From contig CM030333.1 of assembly GCA_017654855.1 (NCBI GenBank), positions 4,030,001 to 4,094,000 on the forward strand: a stretch of DNA of 64,000 nucleotides, read 5' to 3'. Of the stretch, positions 11,984 to 23,500 are shown one piece after another. A model generated the notes under the pieces. That model was given only the letters and a program-made list of their open reading frames with translations. It ran no database searches and was not told the origin of the DNA. The translations under genes were made by a program, and so were the position numbers. The first letter of the stretch is position 1; every line of letters begins with the position of its first letter. The DNA is from Podospora anserina. Taxonomy: Eukaryota.

Positions 11984-14198
11984 GCAATCGATGGCTGGGA
12001 GCGGGAGGTTTTGGTGATTCGGGGTAAACCTTTGTACCTCTTCGTTTTTTCTTCACTTTGGAACCCACCGTTTTGATTGACGCTCGACAACATGGAGGTG
12101 TTGCATGGATAATTAGACTTAGACGCCCCTTCTTCGATAGACAGGAATGCGATCTCTTTTTTGATCATCTTTGATTGTGTATCGTTGAATGACTCTGAGG
12201 TACCTAGGTATAACCAAATTCTACCGACAGACCCATGAAGCTGCTATTACTCTACTTTGCTTAGTTGACCCCTTCCCAACCCTTAGGAACGCCATGCTCA
12301 GGGGGTCCTTCGTACGGTTCCCTATCGAAGGCATGCGCTGCCAAAGCAGCCTTCAAGAACCCGAATTTCTGCACATAAATGCAGTCGTGGAAGTTGAAGT
12401 TGCATTGGTTATATGTTAGATTAATATTAGTGTTATTAGTTCTCTAATTACCTCGTCCAGTATCAAACTTCTTACATCCAGCATACCTACAGTCGCTGCA
12501 CCTAACCGCATGTCGGATTAAACCTTCGCGCTCAATATTGTCTGGATAATCTTCTTTGAGAAACCGGTATGCCTCTTTCCTAGGAGCCTGTTATATACCG
12601 TACTATTAGTATACCTCTCTAGATCAGTTACTTACAAGGAGAGAGGATTCCCACATCATTCCCACGATGGTTGATGAGCCATCTCTCCTTATTCGGCCGT
12701 TAAAAGTAATACTTTGCGTTTAATCGAATGTCTTCGGCGCTCTTGGTTGCTTCGTGATCCAGGCCGGCCTGCATTGTCTTGCTTCGTGATTCTGAATGAC
12801 TATTAGCCCCAAGACCGAGAAAGAAATATCACCATTCCTACTCACGTTTCTCACTGAATCTCTGAGCCTTATCGGCACGTTCTTCTGCAAACCGTTGGTT
12901 GACTGTCTGCTTCCCAGCCTCCTCTGCCGCCTCATCTTCCGCAGAAATCAACTTATTCCACTGTTTATACACGACTAAACATAAGTCAGTGAAATTTTTT
13001 TTGTTTCACCTCATGGACTTACCCAAAGCCTTGGCAATAGCCTGCCTAGTCGGCCTCCCACCCTTGCTCCTCTCCTCAGCATCACAACCCTCCCACTTGC
13101 CATCCAAGTCTGGATATCCAGCTCGTGCTGACCGCGTACATGGCGGATCAGTCCAGATGTGGAGGAGAAACTCTTGGCGGTTGGGCAGAGGATCCCATCT
13201 TTCAAACTCAATCCGGCAAAAGACCTCTCCCGGAAGGATCTTGACGCCCTTTCGGTCATTGTCTGTAACGATATTAGCGATCAGGAGTCCCTCTGGTCGG
13301 ACCTGGTGGCCGTGGTATGACTGATAGTCGCGCTGAAAACTCTGGTCAACACTCTGGGAGACATGATCGAAGCCGGGCCATACTCAAGGATCACTTACGC
13401 TGCTCTGGAGAGAAGCCCATGCTTGGTAGGGTTCAGCAAGTAAATCAGTTCCCATCACAATACGTATATCGAATAACCGTCCAAAGCAAGAGATATAACC
13501 CGATCTCCAACGAGTCTATTATTGGGCCCGCTCGAACCATGATGTTGGCGCCGGGCTTCATACTCCGAGGCATGAAACCGTCAAGTTCTTTTTGAGAAGC
13601 CTTCGAGCGGGAGAGTAATCATGGAGAACCTGCGCCTCATCAAATACTCACTGCCTGCCTAGGTCAAGATCATGTTTGCTATGTGACGCGATCCTGTCCT
13701 GTCTTTTTTCTACTTCTTCTCTTCATACTCACCTCACAACTCGCATCAGTATACTTCCCAATAACGCCACTCAAAGAGACCATAACCGCCCGGCCAGCGA
13801 CGATCAATCTTTGCAACTACCTCAAGGAAACCAAGCCCGTCGGCTCCTGATGAAAGTCAGTTCGTCTCTAAATTAAATACCACCAAGATCAGCCCCCCGA
13901 ACCTTTTCAGTTTGAACAAATAAACCCGCGTTACAACCCATTGATACGCTCCTCAGCCTTGCCGTAAACAAATTAACAAACTGACATTCCAATCCGCAGT
14001 TTGCTGTGTAGTAACTAAAGAGAGTTTTGTTTGTGGCCCCCCCTCGATCTGGCAGGGACCCCCCTCTGGCCACCTAAACCTCTAACCCTGAGAAGAAAAT
14101 TCAAAAATCCAACACTTGCTCCGACTTTTCCAAGATGGATTCGATTTCGCTCGCATCGCTTTCCTAAGGCCCTACATATATATTCTAAATTTTTACTT

Positions 14199-14231
<33 letters not shown>

Positions 14232-14391
14232 TGTAATTTATAGTTATTTTCAGGCTATTTTACATTAAAATTTTTTTCTTATTTATATTTTTGAAAGAGT
14301 AGTAAAAATTATATATCTTTCTTCTCTAACTAAAAAGGGGGAACTCGGGGGTTGCCAAGACTCAATAAATAGACTGACAAAAGCAGCAAAA

Positions 14392-14510
14392 ACATACAAC
14401 AGCAGGGATTCCCCAGTGGTCACCCACCTGAGTACTAATCTGCCGATTAACTGTTTGACTAGGGGAGAGCGGACGGGATCCCGTATTTTCAGTTGTCTAT
14501 GGTCGTATGT
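14392..14510 (-). rRNA. 5S rRNA (dispersed copy, variant 1)
   Basis: 119 nt ACATACGACCATAG...GATCCCGTCCGCTCT...TTAGTACTCAGGTGGGTGACCACTGGGGAATCC...GTTGTATGT ending in a T run (Pol III terminator). Confidence 0.96.
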
Positions 14511-15048
14511 GATAGTTTTAGGTGAATTTGTGGTTTATGTTTGAAGCTCTGCTATTGGCAAGAAAATCAAGAGCTTTGTGAGAGAAAAGAAGGGAGCAGC
14601 AAGCTCTGTGTGATGTGATGAATAGACGGGAGCTTTGGATGAGCTGCCCCGCTTTTATTGCCCCTCCACCCCTCGAGACAAATCCAACTGCTCTCTAGAC
14701 GAGCTTTGGGAGGGTTGGTGAGATGTAGTTCAGGAGAGGATACTCCGGTCTTTTATTTTCCACCTTACGGGTAGGCAGTGGCCAAGATTTGGATCCGGTG
14801 GCAGGTTTTTAACGTTGGTTTTTTTTTGAGGAAGGTTTTGTTTTAGGAAGGTCAGATATCTTGCGATAAAGGCGATCTCCATCACCTGATTTGCCTCTTT
14901 CCATCTCTCAACTTTCAAAAGCCTCGTGGTCGAGTGAGATTTTCACACTGCAATTGAGGCTCAACTCACCTTTACATCTCACAATCCCATAACAACACCA
15001 CATCAATTTGACAAAACACGACAGCAGCACACAATCACACCATCAAAA

Positions 15049-15921
15049 ATGGCCCCCCCTTCCGGCCCCCCCTCGGTAGTAACAAACAACCTCTCCTACC
15101 TCTTCCAAGACCACTCCACCGGCCTCTCAGGCATAACCCTCTCCCTCCCCCCCAGATCCCGCACCCTCTTGATCGGCGCCAACGGCGCAGGCAAAACCAC
15201 CCTCCTCCGCCTCTTGGCGGGAAAACGCCTAGCGCCAGCAGGCACAATCACCATCGGCGGCAACGACCCCTTCAAAGTCGGCCTCGAGGGCGTGACCTAC
15301 CTCGGCCTGGAATGGGTCCTCAACGCCATCGTCCGCACCGACATCGGCGTCGACGAGCTCCTCCGCTCCGTCGGCGGGGACCAATACCCCGACCGTCGTG
15401 ACGAGCTCGTCGCCGTTCTCGACATCGATACCAGGTGGAGGATGCACGCCGTTTCCGACGGCGAGCGCCGCAGGGTCCAGCTCGCCATGGGCCTAGTCCG
15501 GCCGTGGACGATCCTGTTATTGGATGAAATCACCGTCGACCTGGACGTCTGGTCCCGGAGTCAGTTTTTGAGCTTTTTGAAAAAGGAGACGGAGGAGAGG
15601 GAGTGCACGGTTGTGTATGCGACGCACATATTGGATAATTTGGCGGGGTGGCCGACGCATTTGGTGCATATGCATCTTGGGACGGTGGTGGAGTGGGGGA
15701 CGACGGAGGAGATGTTGGAGAGTAAACTGGGGGGAGAAAAAGAGACGGGAAACAGTCGGCTAGGGGAGTTGGTGTTAAGGTGGTTGAAGGAGGACTTGGA
15801 TAGAAGGGGGCCGAGAGACCAGTTGAGGAGGGGGCCGGAGGGGTTGAGTTATAATTCGGGGAATTTGGGGATTGGGGGGTATGGGTTAGAGAGTAAGAGC
15901 AAGTTGGAGGAGAAGAGATGA
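15049..15921 (+). CDS. caf16: Soluble ABC ATPase, CCR4-associated factor 16-like
   Basis: Walker A GANGAGKTT, signature variant VSDGERRRVQL, Walker B LLLDEITVDLD, YATHILD; single NBD with no transmembrane segments. Confidence 0.9.
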   Translation: MAPPSGPPSVVTNNLSYLFQDHSTGLSGITLSLPPRSRTLLIGANGAGKTTLLRLLAGKRLAPAGTITIGGNDPFKVGLEGVTYLGLEWVLNAIVRTDIGVDELLRSVGGDQYPDRRDELVAVLDIDTRWRMHAVSDGERRRVQLAMGLVRPWTILLLDEITVDLDVWSRSQFLSFLKKETEERECTVVYATHILDNLAGWPTHLVHMHLGTVVEWGTTEEMLESKLGGEKETGNSRLGELVLRWLKEDLDRRGPRDQLRRGPEGLSYNSGNLGIGGYGLESKSKLEEKR

Positions 15922-16730
15922 GAAAATATCAGAAAAGATGTAAGAGGGGTGAAGATGAGAAGGATTCAACATATAGAGGGATAGATGTGGTGGCGAATAT
16001 GGTTTAACATAATACCCGAGTGGATTTAACATGGGTTTCACTGTGCGGAAAGCTTACTTGATGTAGAGTAGAATGGCATATCCATTTAACATGTTAGAAG
16101 ACAGTCATGTGTGCTATTGACTCATATCAACAACTGGATGACTGAAAGCAACCAATACCGCCCAAAAAACCATATCCACTCAGAAGACCGTATGTTCGAG
16201 AAGTGAAACCATACCAGGTCCAACCTACAAAGCAAAGACAGTGTTTTTCATGTCATAATACTCTTTACATTATTACCACACAGTACAACTCTAATTTACC
16301 TCTCTTGATGCCTCGTTTATACCCCCCCGGCAATCCTTCACAACCTTGACATCCCTCAGTTGTTGTTTCTGCTGACCATCAACTACGGCCTCCCAACCCA
16401 AAAACTCCAGAAAATATGCAAATGTCCCCCAAGTTTGGTCCGTCCAGCCATTACCATGAGATTGAAAAAAAAAAAAAGGTAATGTTGAGATGAAATGCAA
16501 GGAAAAAATGACCCAAAGAAAATCATCATCCCAGCTTCTTGACTTCGTCGTGGTCGTGCTTCGTCCGAGCTTCGTTTGTTCAAAAATATGAACAGCAAAA
16601 GTACACCAACGAACCAGCACAACAAACCAAACCAAACCATCGTCCAGTCTCGGGTGAAATCAACGCTCGCCTGCTCGCCCGCTCTCACAGAATGCCAACA
16701 GTAACCTTACACATCCACCCCCTAATTCCG

Positions 16731-19061
16731 TCAATGCCCCCCCACACCCCCCCACCTCAACCTCAACCCATCCGTCCACCTAGCATAAAGCAAATCACCC
16801 AGCGCCTTACAATGCTCCATCCCCTGCACCGCCGGCCTCCCCGGAAACTTTGCCTCCAACGCCGCCATCGCCATCTTCTCCTTATCCCGTTCCCTATTCT
16901 CTTTCGCCTCTCTCTCTCTCTCCCGTGCTTCCTTATCCGGCGACCCCCCTCCCCTTCCCCCATTAACGATCCCCAGCGCGTTCTCCGCCCCACCAATATT
17001 ACTCTCCCTCCTCCTCCTATGAGACGCGAGATGTGGGTTATCCTGTGAAATCATCAACTTCGTCGGTGAGCTCGACAACCCTGGTGGTGGCTGCAAGGCT
17101 GCTGGCTTTGTTCTTTGGTCTTTGACGACTGTTCCTCCTTGGGGGGTGCCCTCGCTGAGGGTTTGTTTATGTTGTTGCTGTTGTTGGTATTGCTGCTGCT
17201 GCTGCTGCTGCTGTTGTTGTTGTTGTTGTTGTTGTTGATGATGGTGTTGTTGTTGGGGTAGTTGCGGGACAAAAGCATTGCTTAGCTTTGTGTCTTGAGA
17301 TACTGTCGACATGATGCTTCGGAGGAGGTGATAGGACCCCTCAGGGTCGACAGCATCTAGATGGGCCAAAGCGTCAGATAACCTCGCCAGTGCCTCCCTT
17401 TTTGCTGAGCCTGCTGTCTGGGCGTGGAGTTCGTCTAGACAGGGTTCTAGAGCCTTGTTGTAGAGCCTTCTCCCTAAAAAGGCTTCTTTGCTGTGCGGTT
17501 CTACCGGGGCTTGGTACGAGTACGAGGTTGGTGGTCTGTTCTCGCTGTTGTCATAGATGAACGAGTCACTGGGGGAGGAACCGCCATGATGTGAAGGGTT
17601 GGTCGATGTGTCAGATGGTACCCTCCGGAATAAACGCATAGTCGAGCCCGAGTTACCAAACGACATGTCTGGTTGTAATGGCCGCTTAGCCGCAACAGAC
17701 GCACGGGGCGAGCCGTTGGAAACCTGGCGGTTGGCTTGCTGGCTTTGACGGAGGGACTGGCGGCGGACTGTCGACTTCCGGACGGTACTTGGGGTGGTGG
17801 GCTGGAGGGGCCCATCTTTGACGTCGAGCTTATGCATGGCGTCCTCTATCCCGTGAACGACAGACGGTTTTCTAGACCTGACCGTACCGCGTTTTTGTTG
17901 TGGGACGACTGATTTGACCGTGTCAAACACCCACTCGTCTGCCCCATCCTTGGGCGAGAGAGTTTGCAGCGTCTCTTGATAGTACACTGGCATCTTCACA
18001 CGCTCCGTCTTGGCATCGGCAACTTGCTTGCGGTATATGAGCTCCTGGAGAGCTTCCACTTTGCCGGCTGAACGGATGAACCGATGCTTAAGCAGTTCCT
18101 TTGCGGTGGGCCGGAGATGCGGTGCTTTGACGAGACATTGTGCGATGAAGTCCTTGAACTCCTTGCTAAACTTCCCTTCGAGCCTCGGGGGGTCCTGCTT
18201 AGGGATCTGGAAGAGAACTTTCATGGGATGTGTCTGAGCATGGGGTGGCTCGCCAGTCGCAAACTCAATCGCCGTGATGCCCAAGGACCAGATATCCGCC
18301 TTGAAATCATAGCCATTCTGCTGGATGACTTCAGGGGCCATCCAAAAGGGAGTGCCGACGAAGGTGTTGCGCTGCGACTTCATATGCGTCAGCTGGGCGG
18401 CAACACCAAAGTCGGCAAGCTTGACTTTTCCAGTCTCTGACAGCAAGACATTGGCAGCCTTGATGTCACGATGAATCTTGCCCTCTGCGTGGAGGTATTC
18501 CAGACCAAGGAGCAGTTCTCGGCAAATGATGGCAATATGGACTTCTGGAAACACGCCCGGTTTGAGCTGCAATGTAACTGTTAGAACGGGGCATCGCCAA
18601 GAGGCACGATTAAGTAAAGTGCATGCATACCAAATCCAGGCAGGACCCTCCTCCCAGATATTCCATCACAATCCACAGCTTGTGTCCACGGAGAAAGCTG
18701 GCCTTGTACTGGGTGACATGAGTACTGGCACAGGTGCTGAGCACGGATATTTCTTGCTGAATTTCATGGATATCATCGTCACTAGACTCGAGATCGATCT
18801 GTGCGCAACACAATGACATTAATACCACAGAACGCCCGAGACATGTTTGACCGACGAGGAAAATGACAAAAAACCACCATACATGTTTGATCGCAACTGT
18901 CTCCCCTGTCTTCTTCTCAATGGCCTTGTAGACCACGCCAAAACTACCGCCTGCGTCACAGTCAGTTTCCCACGTTCCAGGGCAGGGCAACAGCGCAATG
19001 CGCACTCACGGCCGAGCTCCTCCAGCACCTGGTAGTGGTCTGCGACGCCTTCGTCTGCCAT
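16731..19061 (-). CDS. sid1: Ste20/GCK-family kinase, Sid1 (septation initiation network) type
   Basis: Exons 19061-19010, 18950-18883, 18798-18631, 18566-16731. GSFGVVYK, VAIK, HRDIKAAN, DFG, GTPFWMAPE. N-terminus MADEGVADHYQVLEELG recalls SID-1/SmKIN3; orthology within the GCKs is less sure than the family. Confidence 0.85.
17170..17255 (-). repeat. CAA/CAG trinucleotide tract encoding polyglutamine in the Sid1 tail
   Basis: Plus strand shows runs of ttg and ctg triplets; translation QQQHHH followed by a long Q run, Y, QQQQQH. Confidence 0.9.
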
Positions 19062-20320
19062 TGCGCCTCAGCCCACACACGGGATGGTGGAGTATTCGTA
19101 GGGTTGGGTCTGCCCTTGGTCGCAAATCGATCGGGGTGATTAGATAGGCGCGAGGCGGGGATTCAAGGTTATTAAAGCAACCGAGCGCAACCTGGGTCTT
19201 GGATTGTTGTCGCCTTTCCAAACCGAACCTCGATGGTCCTAGAGAAGTCCTTGGGAAAAAGGAGAAGGGATGGGTTGGGACGGGAGAGACCGGAGGCGGA
19301 GAAAGCGAGGGAGGGAGGAGGGAGTTCGGACGGTTTTCTTTCTTGTCGATGGGATCCTGGGCTGGACAAGAGGAAACAGCGCCCGCGTTGGGCCTGTGTC
19401 AGCCGTTCGCTATTAAACCCCTGGATCTGGTGTTCTCAGTTGGCGGCTTGGTTGTCCGGGTGCTGCGTTTGGCGGGCACGGGCCATTGTTTACTTAAAGA
19501 TCTAGCGGGAGGTAGGGCGGACCCTGGACGAGTTTCGGAGTGCCGCCCGGATCTGCAGCGGCGTTGGCGTTGTTGTTGTTGTTGGTCGAGATACGAAGAC
19601 TGATGAGAAGATGCTGTACCCGTCCAGTAGCAGGGCGGATGGGGCCAGAATCATGGTGTTTTTTGAGTGAATACTCCACGGCTGGGAATAGAAAAGTGGA
19701 CGACGGGTCGAGACAGTTCTTGAAGAACCGGCGTTTCTTTCTACTGCGCAGCTTGCAGCGTCCTGCATTCCACAGGCTGCAGCTCGAGGAACAGCGCGCT
19801 AAGGGCCAATCACCGGCACCCTCAACCAAATGCCCGGCACTTGGGCGGCATGCTACCGAAAAGCCTTGCTCAGGTGGGGTGGTGGCCGGTTGCCCCACGC
19901 AACGACACAGCTGGAGAGGGAGCTTGGGCCTTGCTTTCGACCGCCCTTGGGGGGCTCTCACCAGCCGTCTCCATTTGCTGAGAGATCCTTGTTCCGCCCT
20001 GAACAAAATGCCCGCCCGGCTGTTACCCTTCATCTGCGTTTGCTATTACAACTGAACTCCACGAGCACCTACATAGTGGGGGAAACTAAGGCCTGGGATC
20101 CCTTCGCCTGTATTCCATTCTTTCCTGCCCGTCGTCGTCGTCACTTTGGTTGTGGTCGCGTGGTGAAGTTGCTGCTGTGAAGTTCCTTGTTTCTGTTGTC
20201 CACTGGTCCTGGTCTGGCGTCTGCCCTGTCTTGGCCTTGGATGGCGCCGCTCCTCGACATCTCCACAGCTGCTTCCCAGCCTCCAGGCGAGTTCGATTCT
20301 TAGGCCGGTGCCGTCATTAA

Positions 20321-20360
20321 CATTCATTCATTCATTCATTCATTCATTCATTCATTCATT
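20321..20360. repeat. (CATT)10 microsatellite in the sid1-cyk3 intergenic region
   Basis: cattcattcattcatt... read directly. Confidence 0.92.
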
Positions 20361-20591
20361 TTGGCGCGCAACAACCTCCTCTTGTGTACCTGCATTTGTA
20401 TACATACGACGACCTGTGCGAGCACCGCAACTCGAGCACTCGAACGACCGCGGCACCATTGTTTGCGCCGAGTCGCAGCAGCGACGACAATCGACATCAA
20501 ATCACTGTACAGGGGCACTAACCGACCGCTGCGTTATTGTACCTGCCACTGTCACTGCCGCCTTGGACGACTCGATTGAAGATTCGCAAAA

Positions 20592-23500
20592 ATGGTGCCT
20601 GCGCCATTACCATTACCGACGCGCTTCCCGTGCTGGGTCAGGGCGGTTTATTCTTGGGGAGGAGAGGTTCGTGCGATGCAATGCAATGCGATTGTTGACT
20701 TTTCTTTTCTTTTCTTTTTTTTCGCGGCTCGGGGACTCAGCTAACGGCATTGTTTTGTTCTTTTGTTCTAGAGCAAGCGAGATCTTGGGTTTATTGAGGG
20801 AGATTTAATTGAATGTCTGAATGCCGGCGATGGCTCGTGGTGGACAGGTCGTCTATTTCGCGACAGAAGAGCGGTCGGACTGTTTCCTTCTAATTTTGTC
20901 GAAGTATTGCCAGAGACGTTTCGCCCAACGACGAGGTCAACCAGCCCCTTGCCAAACGGTAATACACCAAGTCCAAAGCATACGCCACAAAAATCCAGGA
21001 CGTTTCGGAAACCATTCGAGGCTTATGCAAAAGCGCCGCATTATACGACGGCAAAGGTCCCAGAAACGTTCAGAGATGGCTACAAGAAAGAAGATGCCAT
21101 TCCAGTCGCCCGATCCCGCGATACATCGGTCAACTCGATGGACAATACCTCCCCAGTCCGCCCATCTACTAGAAGGCAACGAGAGATTTCGCCCGCACCC
21201 CCTTCGAATTCCAGTTATAATCACCGAGCACCCTCTCCCGCTCCAACTCACCACCAAAATTATGGGTCAAGAAGCCCTTCACCTATGCCGGAATATCACC
21301 ATGGTGGTTCTAGGGCACCATCTCCCGCCCCTCCTCAACACCACAACTACATCTCCAGATCTCCGTCACCGGCACCACCGCAGGATGTGGGATACAACCC
21401 GCGCGCTATTTCACCCGCGCCACCACATCATGGTAACTATGACATGAGGGCCGCTTCGCCAGCTCCCCCACACCACGGGGGTTATGATATGAGGGCGGCA
21501 TCACCAGCGCCGCCGCATCACGGTGGCTATGATATGCGGGCAGCTTCCCCAGCACCACTGCAACACAATGCCTATGGCATGAGGGCAGCATCGCCAGCTC
21601 CTCCCCAACATGGTGGCTACGGCATGAGAGCAGCGTCTCCAGCACCTCCGCAACATCATGCCTACGATTCAAGGGCGCCATCTCCAGCGCCCCCACAAGA
21701 TGATGGATTTGACCCCAGAGCACCATCGCCCACTCCTTCATACATCCCTTACAGGCCTCCCGAGGCGAGACAACAGAGCTCTTTCCACCAGAGTGTGGAT
21801 TCGACAATGCCATCCGGGCCACCTCTCTCCCACCGCCACCATGTACATCATATGAGCTTAGAGAGGCACAACTCTCCAGCACCTCCTCAGCATGGGAGAC
21901 AGCACACGTACCATCTAAGTCTCGACCGAAACATTGATAGGTCAGATTCGCCTCCTCCACCACCACCGCCTCCCCACCGAACCAAGGTCACGCGGCAGGA
22001 GTCTCAGTTCTCTCAGGATGAAGGTTACTTTACGGGCATTTCCAGGGAGCAGTCAGCACTATCGAGAGGAAATTCCAATGCTTCATATGGACAGGGCAAC
22101 GTTTCACGACATCACTCTAACGTGTCCTACGAACCACCACAACAATCAGGTTTTCACACGCCGAGGACGCTTACAACCCCTTGCCCGCCCTCTCCTGGTA
22201 TCGATGGCCTTACACCATCACCGCTGAGAGAAGCGATGGATGATGTGATGGAGCAGTTGGATGCTCTCGGTGCTGGTTCCACTGTCAGTGCCGGCCGTGA
22301 GCCATCTCCAGAACCGCCTGTGTTGGACCCTTGGTCCCCTGCTTCGTTTGATATGGTGCATGCGCGTTCAAGAAAGGAGCGGAAGCGGACCTCGCAGCTA
22401 CGGCCCAATACATCAATGGGGATACCAGCTCATATTGACGAGGGGTATGAAACAAACAGCGGTACGGCCGACTCGTCTGTGGAACCAACGCCACTCGAAA
22501 GCTCTCAAGAACCACATCTCCCGCAGCTCAGCAACTATGTCGAGCGCATGGAATCCAGACTCAGAACCATGCACCAGCATAATGCTAGCGTTACTGAAGA
22601 GGACGAAGCCCCTCCACCGCCACCTAAGAGCAGCGTGTATGACAGGCCAAAGTCTTCCATGGGTATGGATGCCCCACCGGAGCAAAAGTTGAGGCACAAG
22701 AAGTCGGGCTATGAAGGCGTGGGCCGGAATATCCTCAACAGGACCTTTACCACCAAAACCAATTCAACAAATAGCTCATCGAACACGCAGAGTACCGATC
22801 GGAGCTTGATGAGCGGTGTGTCAGCTGGAGGAATCAGCGCAACGAGCGCCGGCAGCCTTGCACGCAAGAATCGGAGTAGGGCCCACAGCGCGCTTGGTTT
22901 GCGGGAGCTTCTAAACGACGCTGATAGCGGTCGGCCTGAGACGCCCTTTTCAGGAGTGACTTATCACAGTAGCCACGCGTCTGACCACCAGAATCAGCAA
23001 CGCCGCTCCAAGTCACAGTTGGGCTTCACCGAGGATCCCATGCCTGCGCTTCCCGGTCTTGGAGGTCTGGTAACACCCAAGCCGAAGAAGCAGAATTTCA
23101 TCAAGCGCATTCTGGAGTCTGCCAAGACGGGAGTGGCCAGCACGCGAGGAAGCATCGCCGCTGCTGGAGCTAGCACCTCCAACCTTTCATCCTCGAATCG
23201 CTCTACACCTGCCCTAACGTCAATGTCTTCTGCCGCGTTGCTCCCTAGCAAGATGCCACCCCCCAGAGACATGGGCATGGGTGGCGGCGTTGATTGGGTG
23301 CAGGTCCGTCGTGATATTAACCGGTCGAATTCGCTGAGCTTCAACGAAAAGGTGGAGAGAAAAGAAAGATGTCAGATGTTGGATTATCCAGCGCTTGATC
23401 CAGTCGACGAGCTGTACAGCAGTATCGACGGTGATGAGGGGGCTGATGGGATGCCGGTTGCTGAGCCGACCAACTATCATGCCATTAACTTGAGCCAGGT

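Noticed and set aside
14070..14090. cctaaacctctaaccct telomere-like words
   Set aside because: Only one good CTAACCC unit; not an array.
19494..20808. Overlapping 160-180 aa ORFs between sid1 and cyk3
   Set aside because: Lie in presumed UTR/promoter, include microsatellite-derived FIHS repeats, no homology signal.
21180..21740. Regular repeats as a CRISPR-like array
   Set aside because: Units are in-frame coding repeats varying at synonymous sites, with no unique spacers or cas genes, in a eukaryote.
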